DNA from: Carcharhinus longimanus
Lineage: Eukaryota
NCBI GenBank assembly: GCA_030264375.1
Contig: JASCQW010000072.1
Span: 83,488,017-83,552,016, forward strand
DNA length: 64,000 bases
Direction: 5' to 3'
Part shown: in pieces, positions 34,972-47,455 of the stretch
Numbering within the stretch: the first letter of the stretch is position 1
Layout: the number at the start of each line of letters is the position of its first letter
Notes under the pieces: generated by a model
Told to the model about the DNA's origin: nothing
Databases searched by the model: none
The model's input: only the letters and a program-made list of their open reading frames with translations
Position numbers and translations under genes: made by a program

Positions 34972-35886
34972 TGTCACAAATAGGTTAGGCACCAATAGCT
35001 TTTTGCTTAAAATGGACAAAATTTTGAAATCCCAGTTCTTTATTAAGAGAATGAAGCCACAAGATTCCATGGTTTAATAACAAACAATTTGTTTTTATAC
35101 AAGAGTCAGTAAAACGAACAGTCAATACTATCTATCATGCATTTTAATATCCAGAATTAACATGATTTAAACATGAAATAGTGAGCAAATTATGAGTGGA
35201 TTGCACGTTAAATGGCAGACACAACAAAACAGGTCCCACAAATTTTCTCAGCAGCCCACTCAGATCTCAGGGATTAGTGTGAAAGCGCTCCCAACTCTAT
35301 CTTCCTCGTGCGAATTTCAGCTCCTCTGAGAATTTGACCATCCTTTGACAGCAGATCCAATTCAACTGGAAGGCCTGCTTGCTTCTCCTGCCTGCAATGA
35401 GTTGTCAGGCAACACAATTCAAACTTGATGGCTGCTCACACCCAGCTGCTTGATCTCCTCCAATATGACATCTCACTAAGTTTACAAGGCTCTACCCCGG
35501 CATCAAATCACTAATGCAATTCCAGCTCTCTAGCTGTGCTGAGCAGGCAACCACAGCTCCCCATCTCTTCAGTTGAACAGAGCAGACAACTACTTCAGCT
35601 ACACTGAGTAACCTCTGCGCCTCACAGACTTTCTTACGTGCTTCAGCTCCTAGCTGCACTAAGCTGACAGCTTCCCATTCAGCCTCTTTCACCTTTTGCG
35701 TCTGCCACTGTTAACCTTCTTCAGCTCAGATTGATCTGACCATGTGGTCCAATTTTCACACCCAAAACCATGACCACCTGGGCAATTCTTTGCATCACAT
35801 GGTTGGGCTTTCATGCTGCACACTGGCACACCCCGATCTATCCCAACGCACACAGAAAAGATGTCAAAAGTACAGATTCCCTCACA
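34972..35886 (-). mobile_element. Putative solo LTR (~915 bp) inserted in a LINE fragment
   Basis: TG...CA ends. The host LINE text cctttccaccat | ctatgaacaaggcac is split exactly at these ends. Internal degenerate repeats 35520-35690. Shares aaatcccag...cacaagatt with 57670-58734. Strand inferred. Confidence 0.55.
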
Positions 35887-35889
35887 CTA

Positions 35890-36330
35890 TGAACAAGGCA
35901 CACATTAAAGAGCATGAAGAAATATTTTCCACTTGCCTGAATGTGTGCACTTTCAATAATTCTCAAGTAGCTTAACACCAACCAGTACAAAGCAGTCCAT
36001 TTGGCTGACACCCCAATCCAACATCTTCAGTAGCACCTCTCAAACCCACAACCTCTGCCATCCAGGATAGCAAGGATAACAGGAAGATGTGAACATTGCC
36101 AACTGCAAGTTTTCCTCCAAGTTACAAACCATCCTGAATTCAATTGTTTCTTCATCATCAGGTCCACTTTATAAAATTTCCTATTTAGTGCAATGAGAGC
36201 ACCCTGTACCACACAGACAGTAGCAGCTAAAGAAAACAGCTCACTATCACCTTCTCAAAGGAAACTAGGGATGGGCAAGAAATGCTAGCTTTGCCAGCCA
36301 TGCATAAACCTCACCCGTAAATAAAAATAA
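35890..36330 (+). mobile_element. LINE 3' fragment (host of the LTR)
   Basis: ttccacttgcctgaatg...cagctcactatcaccttctcaaagg...gggatgggcaagaaatgctagctttgccagc. Confidence 0.7.
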
Positions 36331-36583
36331 GTAATCAGTTAATTCTTTACAGTGTGACCACAGAAAACTTTTCTAAAAACATCGCTATCTACAAGAGAGA
36401 TACGAGATCATGTTTATGACAAGCCGGAGGTGAAACTTAGTACATGCACGGTCTCCCCACAGAGTGTTTCCTACCCAGCACAGCACCAAACGCAATAAAG
36501 TCTGTGCCACTCAACTGGCGCTACTCTGGATTAGACAGAAAATGCAAGGTTCTCCCTGGAAAAACTGGTAATGATCCTATTAC

Positions 36584-36670
36584 CTGTAAGAAGAATGTCG
36601 CGAAGAATGTCGCGATGAAGGTTTCTGATTCTCAGCCATCGGAGAAGCAAAGATAGGTTTCGCCTTGGTG
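36584..36670 (-). CDS. LSP1: Candidate LSP1 cassette exon, 87 nt, symmetric phase 2->2
   Basis: Strong acceptor ctccttctctattttttggtatag| and donor TACAG|gtaata. Stop-free in frame with its neighbours: (S)TKAKPIFASPMAENQKPSSRHSSRHSSY(S). No homology recognised. Confidence 0.6.
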
Positions 36671-37539
36671 CTATACCAAAAAATAGAGAAGGAGCTACAC
36701 AGGAAGGAAGCTGTGCAAGATAACCGCGATGCACAAGTCACGGTGTTAACTCTTAATAGCAACACTACAGCATTTTTACTACTGGAAAGTCAGGACCAGG
36801 GAAAGAACCTCCACTTGCTATGATACACTGGTCAAATGCCTAGAGCATTTAGCAGCTACAGATTAATGGTGAAATCCCAATTTTCAGAAGGAACTAGCAT
36901 TAGGATGTGTATAGAAGCAGAGAACGGGAGAAACTTTTGCATTTGTTTTCCTGCTCTCCCATTGACTGCTCCTTGCAATGGTGCTGCCTCTCCTCCTGGT
37001 GACTCCCTCCCTCCTAGTGATACTCTTGTGGTTGTAAGTTTAGAGGACAGCAATACAGCACTCGGTCTTTGTTCCCAACAAATAATTGCTGCAAGCAGCA
37101 CAGGCAACATCACTGTCAGATAATTACTTGATATCTGAAACTGGATACTGGAGCTCTCAATGTTGATTTATTTCCAAGTAGAACTGTCACTTTCAGCAAT
37201 TCAATAAAAATATTTACTGCATTAGTAACTTTGACACAGGATCTTTCAAGGGAGAATATTACATATTCATGGGTTGTTTTTCTCAGTATAAAAGTGTAAT
37301 ATCGTTCCTTAACTCCATACACTCTGAGTCATTACTAACAGAACCAGCCTTCAAGATATCTGTAGAAAAAATCTTCTGAACAGGAGGATTCTTGTTTCTG
37401 TGAATTCAAGATAATATCTCGCTGTTAATCAAGCGTGTGACCATTGAGATCAGGGCAGAAAGAGTTGGGGGTAATAGAGGATAGAGGACTGGTTAATCTG
37501 TAGAAAACAGCATAGGCATAATGGGGGCTTTTTCATATT

Positions 37540-37826
37540 AAAGTTTATTTATTATTCACAAATAGTCTTACATTACCACTGCAATGAAGTTACTGTGAAA
37601 ATCCCCTAGTCGCCACATTCTGGTGCCTGTTCAGATACACTGAGGGAGAATTTAGCATGACTAGTACATCTTTCAGACTGTGAGGGGAAGTTGGTGCACC
37701 TGGAGGATACCCACTCAATCATGGGGAGAATGTGCAGACTCTGCAGAGACAGCGACCCAAGCTGGGAATTGAACCCAGGTTCTCTGGCACTGAGGCAGCA
37801 GTGCTAACTACTGTGCCACAGTGCTG
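37540..37826 (-). mobile_element. V-SINE, tail B
   Basis: aaagtttatttatt...cttacattaccactgcaatgaagttactgtgaaaatcccctagtcgccac...actgtgccac. Confidence 0.9.
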
Positions 37827-37984
37827 CAGGCAGTGACTAATGGAGTGCCACAGGAATCAGTGCAGGAACCTCAGCTATTTGCAAACTATATTAATGGCTT
37901 GTAACATATCCAAGCGTGCTGATGTCACCAGGCTAGGTGGGGAACGTAAGCAGAAGGACACAAAAGAAGTTACAAAGAGCTCCA

Positions 37985-38210
37985 GCGACCTGGGTTCGAT
38001 TCCCAGTTTGGATCACTGTCTGTGCAGAGTCTGCACGTTCTCCCCGTGTCTGCGTGGGTTTCCTCTGGGTGCACAGACTTCCAGAGCTGCTTAAGCACAC
38101 TGGCCATGCTAAATTCTTCCTCAGGCGCCAGAGTGTGGCGACTAGGGGATTTTCACAGTAACTTATTTACGTTAATGTAAGATTACTTATGACTAATAAA
38201 TAAACTTTAA
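37985..38210 (+). mobile_element. V-SINE, tail B, nested in a CR1 fragment
   Basis: gacctgggttcgattcc...gtggcgactaggggattttcacagtaac...gactaataaataaacttt. Confidence 0.85.
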
Positions 38211-38970
38211 CATAGACAGATCAAGTGAACGGGCAACAAGACGGCAGATGGAGTATAATGTAGGGATGTGTGAAGCTATCTTTTCTATTCTTGAGTCAGA
38301 GTGATTAATTGTTATTTTACAAGATAAGAAACTCGAAAGTGCTGATGTTGAAAGAGATTTGGGTGTGTTTGAATGAGAAATGCAAAGTTAGTATGCATGT
38401 GGAGCAATTAGGAAGACAAATAGCAAATTGGCCTTTATTACAAGGGGCTTGGAAAACCAGAAGAAAGGTGTCCTGCTGCAGTCATACATACGGAATACAA
38501 TGTGCAAATATGATCTCCACATTTAAGAAAGAATATGGTTGCATTGTATGCGGTATAGAAAAGATTCACCAAATTGACCTATGGTAACAGCTCGATTAAT
38601 TGGGTTTATATTCTCTGGAGTTTAAAAGAGATATTGATTTAAAACCTACAGAGATTCTGAAGGGGCTTGATAGAGCATTTCCCTTGACTGGGGAATTCAA
38701 TATCAATCTCAGGATATGGGGCCAATCATTTAGGACTGAGATGAGAAGAAATGACTTTACTCAAAGGGTTGTGAGTCATTTGGAATCCTCTGCCACAGAG
38801 GGTTGTGCATGTTCCATCATCAAATACTGCAATTTTGGTTTCTAGGGGAATTGAAGGATGTGGGCAGGGGGGCAGGAAAATGGAGTTGAAGCCCAAGCTC
38901 AGCCATGATTGTATTGAAAGGTGGAGCTGGAATGATGGGCTATATGGCTTACTCCTATTTCTTGTGTTCT
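38210..38970 (+). mobile_element. CR1-like LINE 3' fragment
   Basis: GLYSLEFKR..ILKGLDR..FPLTGE..LRIWGQSFRTEMRRNDFTQRVV plus CR1 tail tggcttactcctatttctt. Confidence 0.88.
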
Positions 38971-39559
38971 CCAATTGCTCAATTTTCATTTCTACNNNNN
39001 NNNNNNNNNNNNNNNNNNNNNNNNNNNNNNNNNNNNNNNNNNNNNNNNNNNNNNNNNNNNNNNNNNNNNNNNNNNNNNNNNNNNNNNNNNNNNNNNNNNN
39101 NNNNNNNNNNNNNNNNNNNNNNNNNNNNNNNNNNNNNNNNNNNNNNNNNNNNNNNNNNNNNNNNNNNNNNNNNNNNNNNNNNNNNNNNNNNNNNNNNNNN
39201 NNNNNNNNNNNNNNNNNNNNNNNNNNNNNNNNNCCCTCCACGCCCCCCTCCACCCCACCCCACCCCGCTCCCCCACTCTCCATTACATTTGGCTCCCATG
39301 TCAATAAAGAATCTATGTCCCAGATCCTCTGGTTTCCAGATGATTGAAGACTGGTCCTATCCGTCAGTATGTGCTACAGGGCCTACATAGCAGTCCCAAA
39401 CCAAGGACTCCGCAGGAATTGTCTGGCAAGTTTCAATTTCCAATGGTCAAATACACTGCATCTGGAATCCCGCAAAAAAAGTCTCCAACTCTTGAGCTAA
39501 GAGTCAAAGAATTCACAGGGTTCTGACACACTTAGCTGGGTAGATATCCAGGACTTCCC

Positions 39560-40143
39560 AGATACTCAACCATCCATGTTCAAGTACAACAACATCCAGG
39601 CTTGGGCTGACAAGTGGCAAATAATATTCATGCCACACAAGTGCCAGGCAATGGTCCTCTCCAACAAGAGAGAATCTAACTCTTGGCCCTTAACACTCAA
39701 TGGTATTACAATTGCAGAATTCCCCACTATCAACATCCTAGGAGTTACTATTGACCAGAGACTGAACTGGACTAGCCATATAGATATAGTGGCTAACAAA
39801 GCAAATCAGAGGCTGGGAATACTGTGGTGAGTAACTCATCTCCCGACTCCCTAAACATGTCTACCAGCTGGAAGGCACAAATCAGGTGTGTCATGGGATA
39901 TTTACCCTTGCCTGGATGAGTGCTGCTCCAATATTACTCAAGAAGCTTGACACCACCCAGGACAAAGCAGCCTGCTTGATTGTTATCCCTTCCACAAACA
40001 TTCACTCCCTCCACCAAAGACACACAACAGTACGCACGAGTGCCTTCTACAAGATGCACTGCGGGAACTCATGAAGGTTTCTTAGACAACACCTTCCAAA
40101 CCCATGACCACTACTGTCCAGAAGGACAAAGGCGGCAGTTACA
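39560..40143 (+). mobile_element. Non-LTR retrotransposon (CR1/L2-group) RT C-terminal fragment
   Basis: NNIQAWADKWQIIFMPHKCQAM...INILGVTIDQRLNWTSHI...KANQRLGILW. Continues after the nested SINE at 40535-40620 and 41000-41140. Confidence 0.85.
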
Positions 40144-40154
40144 GTGGAGGAAAG

Positions 40155-40530
40155 GAGGAGGCCTGGTAATTTTGTCACTGAGCTAATAATCCAGAGACTC
40201 AGACTCGGGTTTGAATCCCACCACAGCAGATCATGAAATTTGAATTCAATCAATCAAAAAAATCTGAAATTAAAAGTCCAATGATGACAATGAAACTATT
40301 ACTGATTGACGTAAAAATAAACCTGGTCCACTAATGACCTTTAGGGAAGGAAATCTGCCACCCTTACATGGTCTAGCCTACATGTGACTCAAGCTGAAAA
40401 GCAACATGGGTGATTCCTAAAATACACTCTAAAATGGCCTAGCAAGTCATTCAGTTCAAGAGCAGTTAGGAATAGACATCAAATGCTGGCCCAATCAGTG
40501 ACACCCACATCCTATAGATGAATTTTTAAA
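40155..40530 (+). mobile_element. tRNA-headed SINE (second family) nested in the LINE
   Basis: gggtttgaatcccaccacagcag...tttagggaaggaaatctgcc...aaatggcctagcaagtc...aaatgctggccc; paralog of 13148-13545. Confidence 0.78.
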
Positions 40531-40956
40531 AAAAACACCTGTAAGTTCTTCTCCAAATTCCTCATCATTCTGACTTGGAAATATATCAATTACTGGGTCA
40601 GAATTCTGGGACTCCACCGCCGGGGGNNNNNNNNNNNNNNNNNNNNNNNNNNNNNNNNNNNNNNNNNNNNNNNNNNNNNNNNNNNNNNNNNNNNNNNNNN
40701 NNNNNNNNNNNNNNNNNNNNNNNNNNCAAACACAAAAGGGTTTGACTTAAACGGAACTTGTCGACTGCTGACTGGTCCAGTTTAGTACATATACAAAACC
40801 TGGTGTTGTCAGACTTTTTACTGGTCCAGTTTAGTACATATACTGCCTTAGCTCAGTCGCTGCTATCAAAGAGGCAACGGGATACAGTTTAAAGTATTTT
40901 TTTTAAATAAGGGAGAATCTCCTCGAAAGCAAACACATTTAGGAGTGGGAACCCCC

Positions 40957-40957
<1 letters not shown>

Positions 40958-41004
<47 letters not shown>
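40958..41004. repeat. (TA)n(CA)n microsatellite
   Basis: tatatatatatatacacacacacacacacacacacaaacacacacac. Confidence 0.9.
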
Positions 41005-41005
<1 letters not shown>

Positions 41006-41169
41006 ACAGCAGTCTGGGTGTATGAACATCACACAGATTGCAGTTGAAGAAGGTAGCTAATCATCACCTTCTCCAGGGTAATTAGTAATAGGCAATAAAT
41101 GCTGGCCTCACCAGCAAAGTCTACTTCTCTTGAATGAATTATAAAAACAAGAAATTTGACAGGAAAAAG

Positions 41170-42443
41170 TCTAAATCTGAAAGGTTATTAATGGCTCAGA
41201 TCAATTCCGGCCTCTCGGACTGTTCGGATCCACTACAGTTCGCCTATCACTGCAACAGGTCCACTGGAGATGCCACCTTCCTGTCCCTATACTCAACCCT
41301 GGAACACCAGGATAACAAAGACACCTATGTCAGATTCTTATTCTGAGACTGCAGCTCAGCCTTCAACACCATTATTCCTACAAACTTTACCTCCAAATTC
41401 TGTGGCCTGGGGCTCAGTTCCTCCCCCTGTGAATGGGTCCTAGACTTCCTCACCCACAGACCAGTCAATAAGGATAGGCAATGACACCTCCTTCACAATT
41501 ATCCACAAAACCGGTGCCCCACAAGGCTGTGTCCTCAGCCCCTTACTATACTCCTTATACACCTGTAACTGTGTGGCCAAATTCCCCTCCAACTCGATTT
41601 TCAAGTTTGCTGATGACATCACCACAGTGAGTCAGATCTCAAACAATGATGAGACCCAGTACAAAAGATAGAGAATCTGGTGAACTGGTGCAATGACAAT
41701 AATCTCTCCCTCACTGTCAGTAAAACGAAGAAGAGAGTCACCTAGATAGTCAGGAAGCATAGTGGAGGACATGCCCTTATCTACAGCAACAGGGGTGAAA
41801 TGGAAATGGTCAAGAGCTTCAAGTTTTTAGGTGTCTAGATCACCAACAACCTGTCCTGGTTCCCTGTGTCAATGCTACAGTTAAAAAAGCCCACCAGTGC
41901 CTCTACTTTCTCAGAAGGAAAAGGAAATTTGGCTTGTCCACTATGTCTCTCATCAACCTTTACAGGCGCACCATAGAAAACATTCTTTCTGGTTATATCA
42001 CGGCTTGGTATGGTTCCTGCTCTGTCCAGGACTGCAAAGAACTACAAAGAGTCATGAAAGAAGCCCAGTCCATAAACCAAACCAGCCTCCCATCCACTGA
42101 CTCTGCCTACACTTCCACTTGCCTTGGGAAAGCAGTCAGCATAATCAAGGACCCCACGCATCCAGGATATACTCACTTCTACCCTCTTCCATTGGGAAAA
42201 AGATACAGAAGTCTGAGGCCACATTAACAACTGACTCAAGATCAGCTTCTTCCCTACTGCCATCAGACTTTTAAATGGTCCTACCTCATATTAAGTTGAT
42301 CTTTCTCTACACCCTAGCTATGACTGTAACACTACATTCTGCACTCTCCTTTCCTTCTCTGTAAATGGTATGCTTTGTCTGTATGGCATGCAAGAAACAA
42401 TACTTTTCACTTTATACTAACACGTGACAATAATAATTCAAAT
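41170..42443 (+). mobile_element. Rex1/Babar-clade LINE, 5'-truncated, RT pseudogene
   Basis: DPLQFAY.CNRSTGDA...[23 protein letters not shown]; TGAPQGCVLSPLLYSLYT; KFADD; YRRTIENILSGYITAWYG. Contains stops and frameshifts; tail gtgacaataataattcaaatc. Confidence 0.9.
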
Positions 42444-42989
42444 CCTGGCAACTGTACAGCTGAGACCATGCCCTCTTCCCTTCTCAATTGCCTCACTGAC
42501 TATCCCCCTCACCCACCCTCTCCCCTTGACCTTCTGACTTCCTGCAACTCCTCCCCCCTCTGACCTGACAACGCTGCCAAACTACCTGCCATGCCTCGTC
42601 AACCAGTTACCTCACTCATTCAATAACACACTAAAAATGCATTTAAACATCCCAAAGCTTGTCAGTGTGATGGTTAATGAAGACGTACCAAAATGCAACA
42701 TTTTGTGCTGTAAAAAAAAGTGTGCATGCCTTGCCTTCATCTTACAATCTTGCTCCATGAAGGAGGACTCCAAGACCAGCTATACTTCACAGCTGGAATT
42801 TTCTGGCCAAGCGCCAAATTCTCCATTCTCACTTGCAGCAGTGGCAGGGCGTGAACGGTTGGAAAATTCTGCAACACATTTCTGAAGTGGGTCAGTTTGG
42901 GCCAGAAATGCAAAGCTCTATCTTATTTTGAAGAAAAAAAAGGGATCAGAGTGGCAGTCCTACAGTGGTTGCTACTCTTCACAAGAGTT

Positions 42990-43380
42990 GGCCCTATATA
43001 ACTCAGCCTTGAATATATTCAAGAACCCAACCTTCCACTGCTTTCTTAAGATGACAATTCCAGAGACTGATGCTTGCCAGAGAGCAGAAAAACTCTTCAT
43101 TTCCATTCTGAATGGGAGACCCCTGATTCTTAAACCTTCTCCCCTTGCTCTAGTCTCCCCCACAAGATACAACGTTCTCCCAGCATGCACTCACTCAAGT
43201 CCCCTCAGTATCTTGCATGTTTCAATAAGATCACCTCTCATTCTTCAGAACTCCAGTGGGTACAGACCTAACCTGGTCAACCTTCCTGCAGAAGATGTCT
43301 CTTTTATCCCAGGAACCAGTCAAATGATCTTCTGTTGAACTTCTTGAAGTGCAATTTTATCCTTTCTGAAGTAAGGAGCA
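42990..43380 (-). mobile_element. CR1-like LINE fragment
   Basis: Minus frame GETRARGEGLRIRGLPFRMEMK...FLNIFKAEL. Confidence 0.75.
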
Positions 43381-43949
43381 AACATTCATCACCTCAGCAT
43401 CTTTACCCGGCTGACAGCAAGTTGATCAACACATTCTGTGAATCAAATCTGGAACCTTCTTGACCTAAATGATTCAGATCCACCCAGCATATCGACCTTT
43501 CCAACCTAGTTATGGAAATGACATTGAGCAAAAATTCAAAGGAGGGCAGACAGCCATATCTGGAAGTACTTATTCTAAAAGTTACGCACTATGCCTTGGG
43601 CTTATTGTTGGTTTATACTCAACATCTCACCAATTTAACACTAGCTGTAAATTGTTGTCAGCTGATGACTATTTTCAGATCCTGCAGCAGCCAATTGGGT
43701 AAGGTAACTCCGTACATTTCAAAATGTGTAAATGAGACTAAGATTACATAAGTAAACAGAGACTTGGAAAGAGAACTGCACACAGATTAGGGAGAGTTAT
43801 AGAAACATTACTTGCCTACTCAAGTGTTTTCCTGATATTGTATTATTCCATCAGTCAGTACATGTGTACATCACAGTTCGTTAAAGAAAAAAGTTGCTTA
43901 TTCGAAAATCTCTTTTGGGTCCAGTTGTGGGCAGCATTAAGTTGCCTTG

Positions 43950-44515
43950 ATCTGATTTATTATTGGCTCATGTTTTAGTATACAGTGAAGTATACTGTTT
44001 CTTGCGTGCTATACAAATTATACCATTAATAGAGAAGGAAAGAAGGTACAGAATGTAGTCATAGCTAGGAAGTAGAGAAAAATAAACATAACATGAGGTA
44101 GATCCATTCAAAAGTCTGCTGGTAGCAGGGAAGAAGCTGTTCTTGAGTTGGTTGGTGTGTGACCTTAGCCTTTTGTATCTTTTTCCTGACAGAAGGAGGT
44201 GGAAGAGTGTGTTTCCGGGGTGCAAGGTGATTATACTGGCTGCTGTTCCAAGGCGGTGGGAAGTGTAGACAGAGTCAATAGATAGGAGATTGGTTTGCAT
44301 GATGGACTGAACCATGTTCATCACTCTTTGCAGACCAGGAGCCATAACAAGCTGTGATATATCTGGCAAGGATGCTTTCTATGGAGCATCTGTAAAAATT
44401 AGTGAGAACCATAGCAGACATGCTGAATTTTCTTAGCCTCCTGAGAAAGTAAAGGCCTTGGTGGGCATTCTTAACTATAGGTTGGAATGGAGGGACCAGG
44501 ACACGTTGTTGGTGC
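43950..44515 (-). mobile_element. Rex1/Babar-like LINE 3' fragment
   Basis: KNAHQGLYFLRRLRKF...NFYRCSIESIL; LFHLLLSGKRYKRLRSHTNQLKNSFFP. Confidence 0.88.
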
Positions 44516-44659
44516 ATGAGCAAAGTCCAAGAAAACCTAAGTAAATTTTTTCAAAAAGATACTCAGTGGTAACAAGCAAAACATTTTGCATGTAACTGAC
44601 ACCATACGAAGCCTCAAAGTACCTTCAGATGATGAATTTTTATTCAGTTGCTGCCTCTT

Positions 44660-45190
44660 AGGGAAACATGGAAACAGGAGTATGCCATTCAGCCCCTTGA
44701 TCCTGTTCCACGATTTATTATGATTTATGTGCATTTTTAAAGCAGATTTTGCGCCTTGATTCTGCAGTCCTTAATATCATTGCCTCATAACTACAAAGTC
44801 AATTTTGGTCTTGAAATTTCCAAGTGGCCTAACGTCATATGTGTCTGTCTGTGTATATTCAAATTTCTATTACCCTTTGTGGCGCTTCAATTATGCCCCC
44901 TTTTGGGCTTCCTTATGTTTTTGTCAACTCTATCAAATCCTTTGATCATCTTGAAACACTTCAATTTAGCCACACCTTAACCCAATGTACTCAAAGGATT
45001 ACAAACCTTATCTATCTAACCTAACCTCACCTATGTTTAATTCCTTTAGCCTTGGTACCATTCTGATAAAATTCCATTGCATCCAGATAAAGTCTAATAT
45101 ACCCTTCTTGCAGTGTGAAGACAGAACTAAAAAATGTTCCACATGGGGTCAAAACAGAACTTTAAAAATTGTAATATAACTCCTGCCCCC
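44660..45190 (-). mobile_element. Decayed CR1-like fragment
   Basis: gaaacaggagtatgccattcagcccc tail and decayed ORF2-like text. Confidence 0.55.
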
Positions 45191-45960
45191 TTTGTATTTC
45201 AACATAAAACCTGCAATTTTTTAGAACAAGCAGCAATCAGAAAAATGATAAAGGAAAAGAGAGAATGCAGAAAAACAGCAATAACAAAAGGAAATCAGAT
45301 GAATAATTACTGCTGCTTGATTTACCCAAAAACTTCATGGAATAGGCAACATTCTTTATTATTCATGCCCAATGTGTACACTTAGCATTTATTTAATATC
45401 AACATCTCAGCCGTACACCAATGCAAAGGAACTCATGGAGAGGAAATTTTCCATTCTGCCCGCCATGGGGATTGTAGTGGTTGAGGGGTAGACTCAGGAA
45501 AAGTCTGTTGACCTCGGGCAGGATTTTCCGTTTCCGGGCACACGTGTCAAATAATAGGTCCAACTCCCAAACTGTACCCAACCATGGGACTGTATATGTC
45601 AATCACTTGTGTGTGATGTTGCGAACATCCAGAGTGCCCAAATCAAATAATATCACTAAAGTCTTGTTTCTCTCTCCTCACATCTGCACTGCCAAGGCCC
45701 TGTGTACTCAGAGTAGCTCATTATCTCTTCCCAGCACTAATGATAAGGACTGTGTCTCTGTCTCATGTTCATGGAGGCTCCTGTTAAAAAAAACAGTTCA
45801 AGCCTACAATATACTCTTCTAATTTGCGCTAAAAGCAATGCGATGCAGGGAACTGTGGTACATGTGTTACCAGACATGGACAGAAAAGAAACTGTGGGTA
45901 ACAGTAACCTGATGGCAATGCCTGAGGGTATGGTAGTACTTTTGTCATTATGTGACTATA

Positions 45961-46298
45961 TCATAGAATCATAGAAACCCTACCGTGCAGAAAGGTGCCA
46001 CTGGGCCCATCGAGTCTGCACCGACCACAATCCCATGCAGGCCCTACCCCCACATATTTGCCCGCTAATCCCTCTAACCTACACATCCAAGGACGCTAAG
46101 GGGCAATTTTAGCATGGCCAATTGACCTAACTTGCACATCTTTGGACTATGGGAGGAAACTGGAGCACTCGGTGGAAACCCACGTAGACACAAGGAGAAT
46201 GTGCAAACTCCACACAGGCAGTGACCCAAGCCAGGAATTGAACCCAGGTCCCCGGAGCTGTGAAGCAGCAGTACTAACCACTGTGCTACCATGCCGCC
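45961..46298 (-). mobile_element. HE1-like V-SINE, tail A
   Basis: tcatagaatcatagaaaccc...gagtctgcaccgacc...aaccactgtgctaccatgccgcc. Confidence 0.92.
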
Positions 46299-47319
46299 CT
46301 GAATCAGCATTCAGAGGGTGTGGGTTCCTATCCCACTCCGGCAAGTTGTCAAACTGCATTCAATAAATCTGTCATTGTTACACTAGCATCTGGAAATTTC
46401 ACCAGAAATGTTGCCAAAGAGTTGAAAATCCTAACTAGGTCAGTGGTGTTATTCAAGGGAGGAAAGTTGGCACATCTATTTACACTTGTGTATGCGTGCC
46501 TACAGTCAACACTGTATGAGCGACTCTTAATGCCTTGGCTGAGATTCAATACTTACAGGTGATAATCTGTGTCGTTTCTTATCTGCACAGCTCAGGAGCA
46601 CTCACCCACTGGGAGCATTCCATGTTTCCTCTCTAAGCTAACAATGTCCAATAGCTCATACATTCATCATTAATAGTCAATGTTATTTGTCATACTGACT
46701 CCCCATTTTTCACAGTCGCATTTTCACTGCTGTGTCATTACTGATTCATTTCTTTTAATGTATTTTAATCCTGCGAGCTGGTTGGGGTCTCGGGTCTTAT
46801 CCTCCCACTCTCAACTAAAACACAGAAGATGTTTCAAAGTGTGGAGGGGACGTAGGGCAGATGCTGGAAAATCAGAGCTCAGCTTGTGAGTCACTTCAGC
46901 AGATGTTGTGAAATGAGTGGGTGATCTCAACCCCTTTGGGCAAATGCTGAAGTCATATTTTGGACGAGTAACACAGCTACAGTCAGAAAATCTTTCTGTC
47001 ATATTCACTTGCAACTGCGGTCACTGGAATTACTGAAACTAAATTGGCTTAATTAATTTATACTTTCAATTAGTTTCTGAATGTTGAAATGGCCCACTTG
47101 TGGATTGCAGTCTCTATAAATGGAAATAGAGTTTTACTCTATTATGATACCACATGTTCCATTAATAGGATCCCATTTTATTACAGCATATGTTTATTGG
47201 CAAGATTCCAGTGCATAGCAATAACTAACGGACCACAGTGTGAGCTTGCAATTAATAAAATACCAATGCGTGCTTATGGGGCAAAACCCCAAATCAAGAA
47301 TCTGTTTTTTTAACAAGTC

Positions 47320-47455
47320 ATGCAGGTTAGCAACACTGGCCATGCTAAATTCTCCCTCAGTGTAACCAAACAGGCGCTGGACTGTAGCAACTAGGGGATG
47401 TTCACAGTATCATCATTACAGTGTGGGCTACTTGTGACACTAATGAATAAACTTA
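47320..47455 (+). mobile_element. V-SINE tail-B fragment
   Basis: ggccatgctaaattctccctcagtgtaacc...ctacttgtgacactaatgaataaac. Confidence 0.8.

Noticed and set aside
36856-37134. Minus-strand ORF (ISSNYLTVMLPVLLAAIICWEQ...) after an acceptor-like tttcag
   Set aside because: Would begin in phase 0 where phase 2 is needed; no convincing donor and no family similarity.
38726-39390. Long ORFs spanning N-gaps (also 62560-63311, 25859-26167, 54329-54765)
   Set aside because: Length is an artefact of X-translated gaps.
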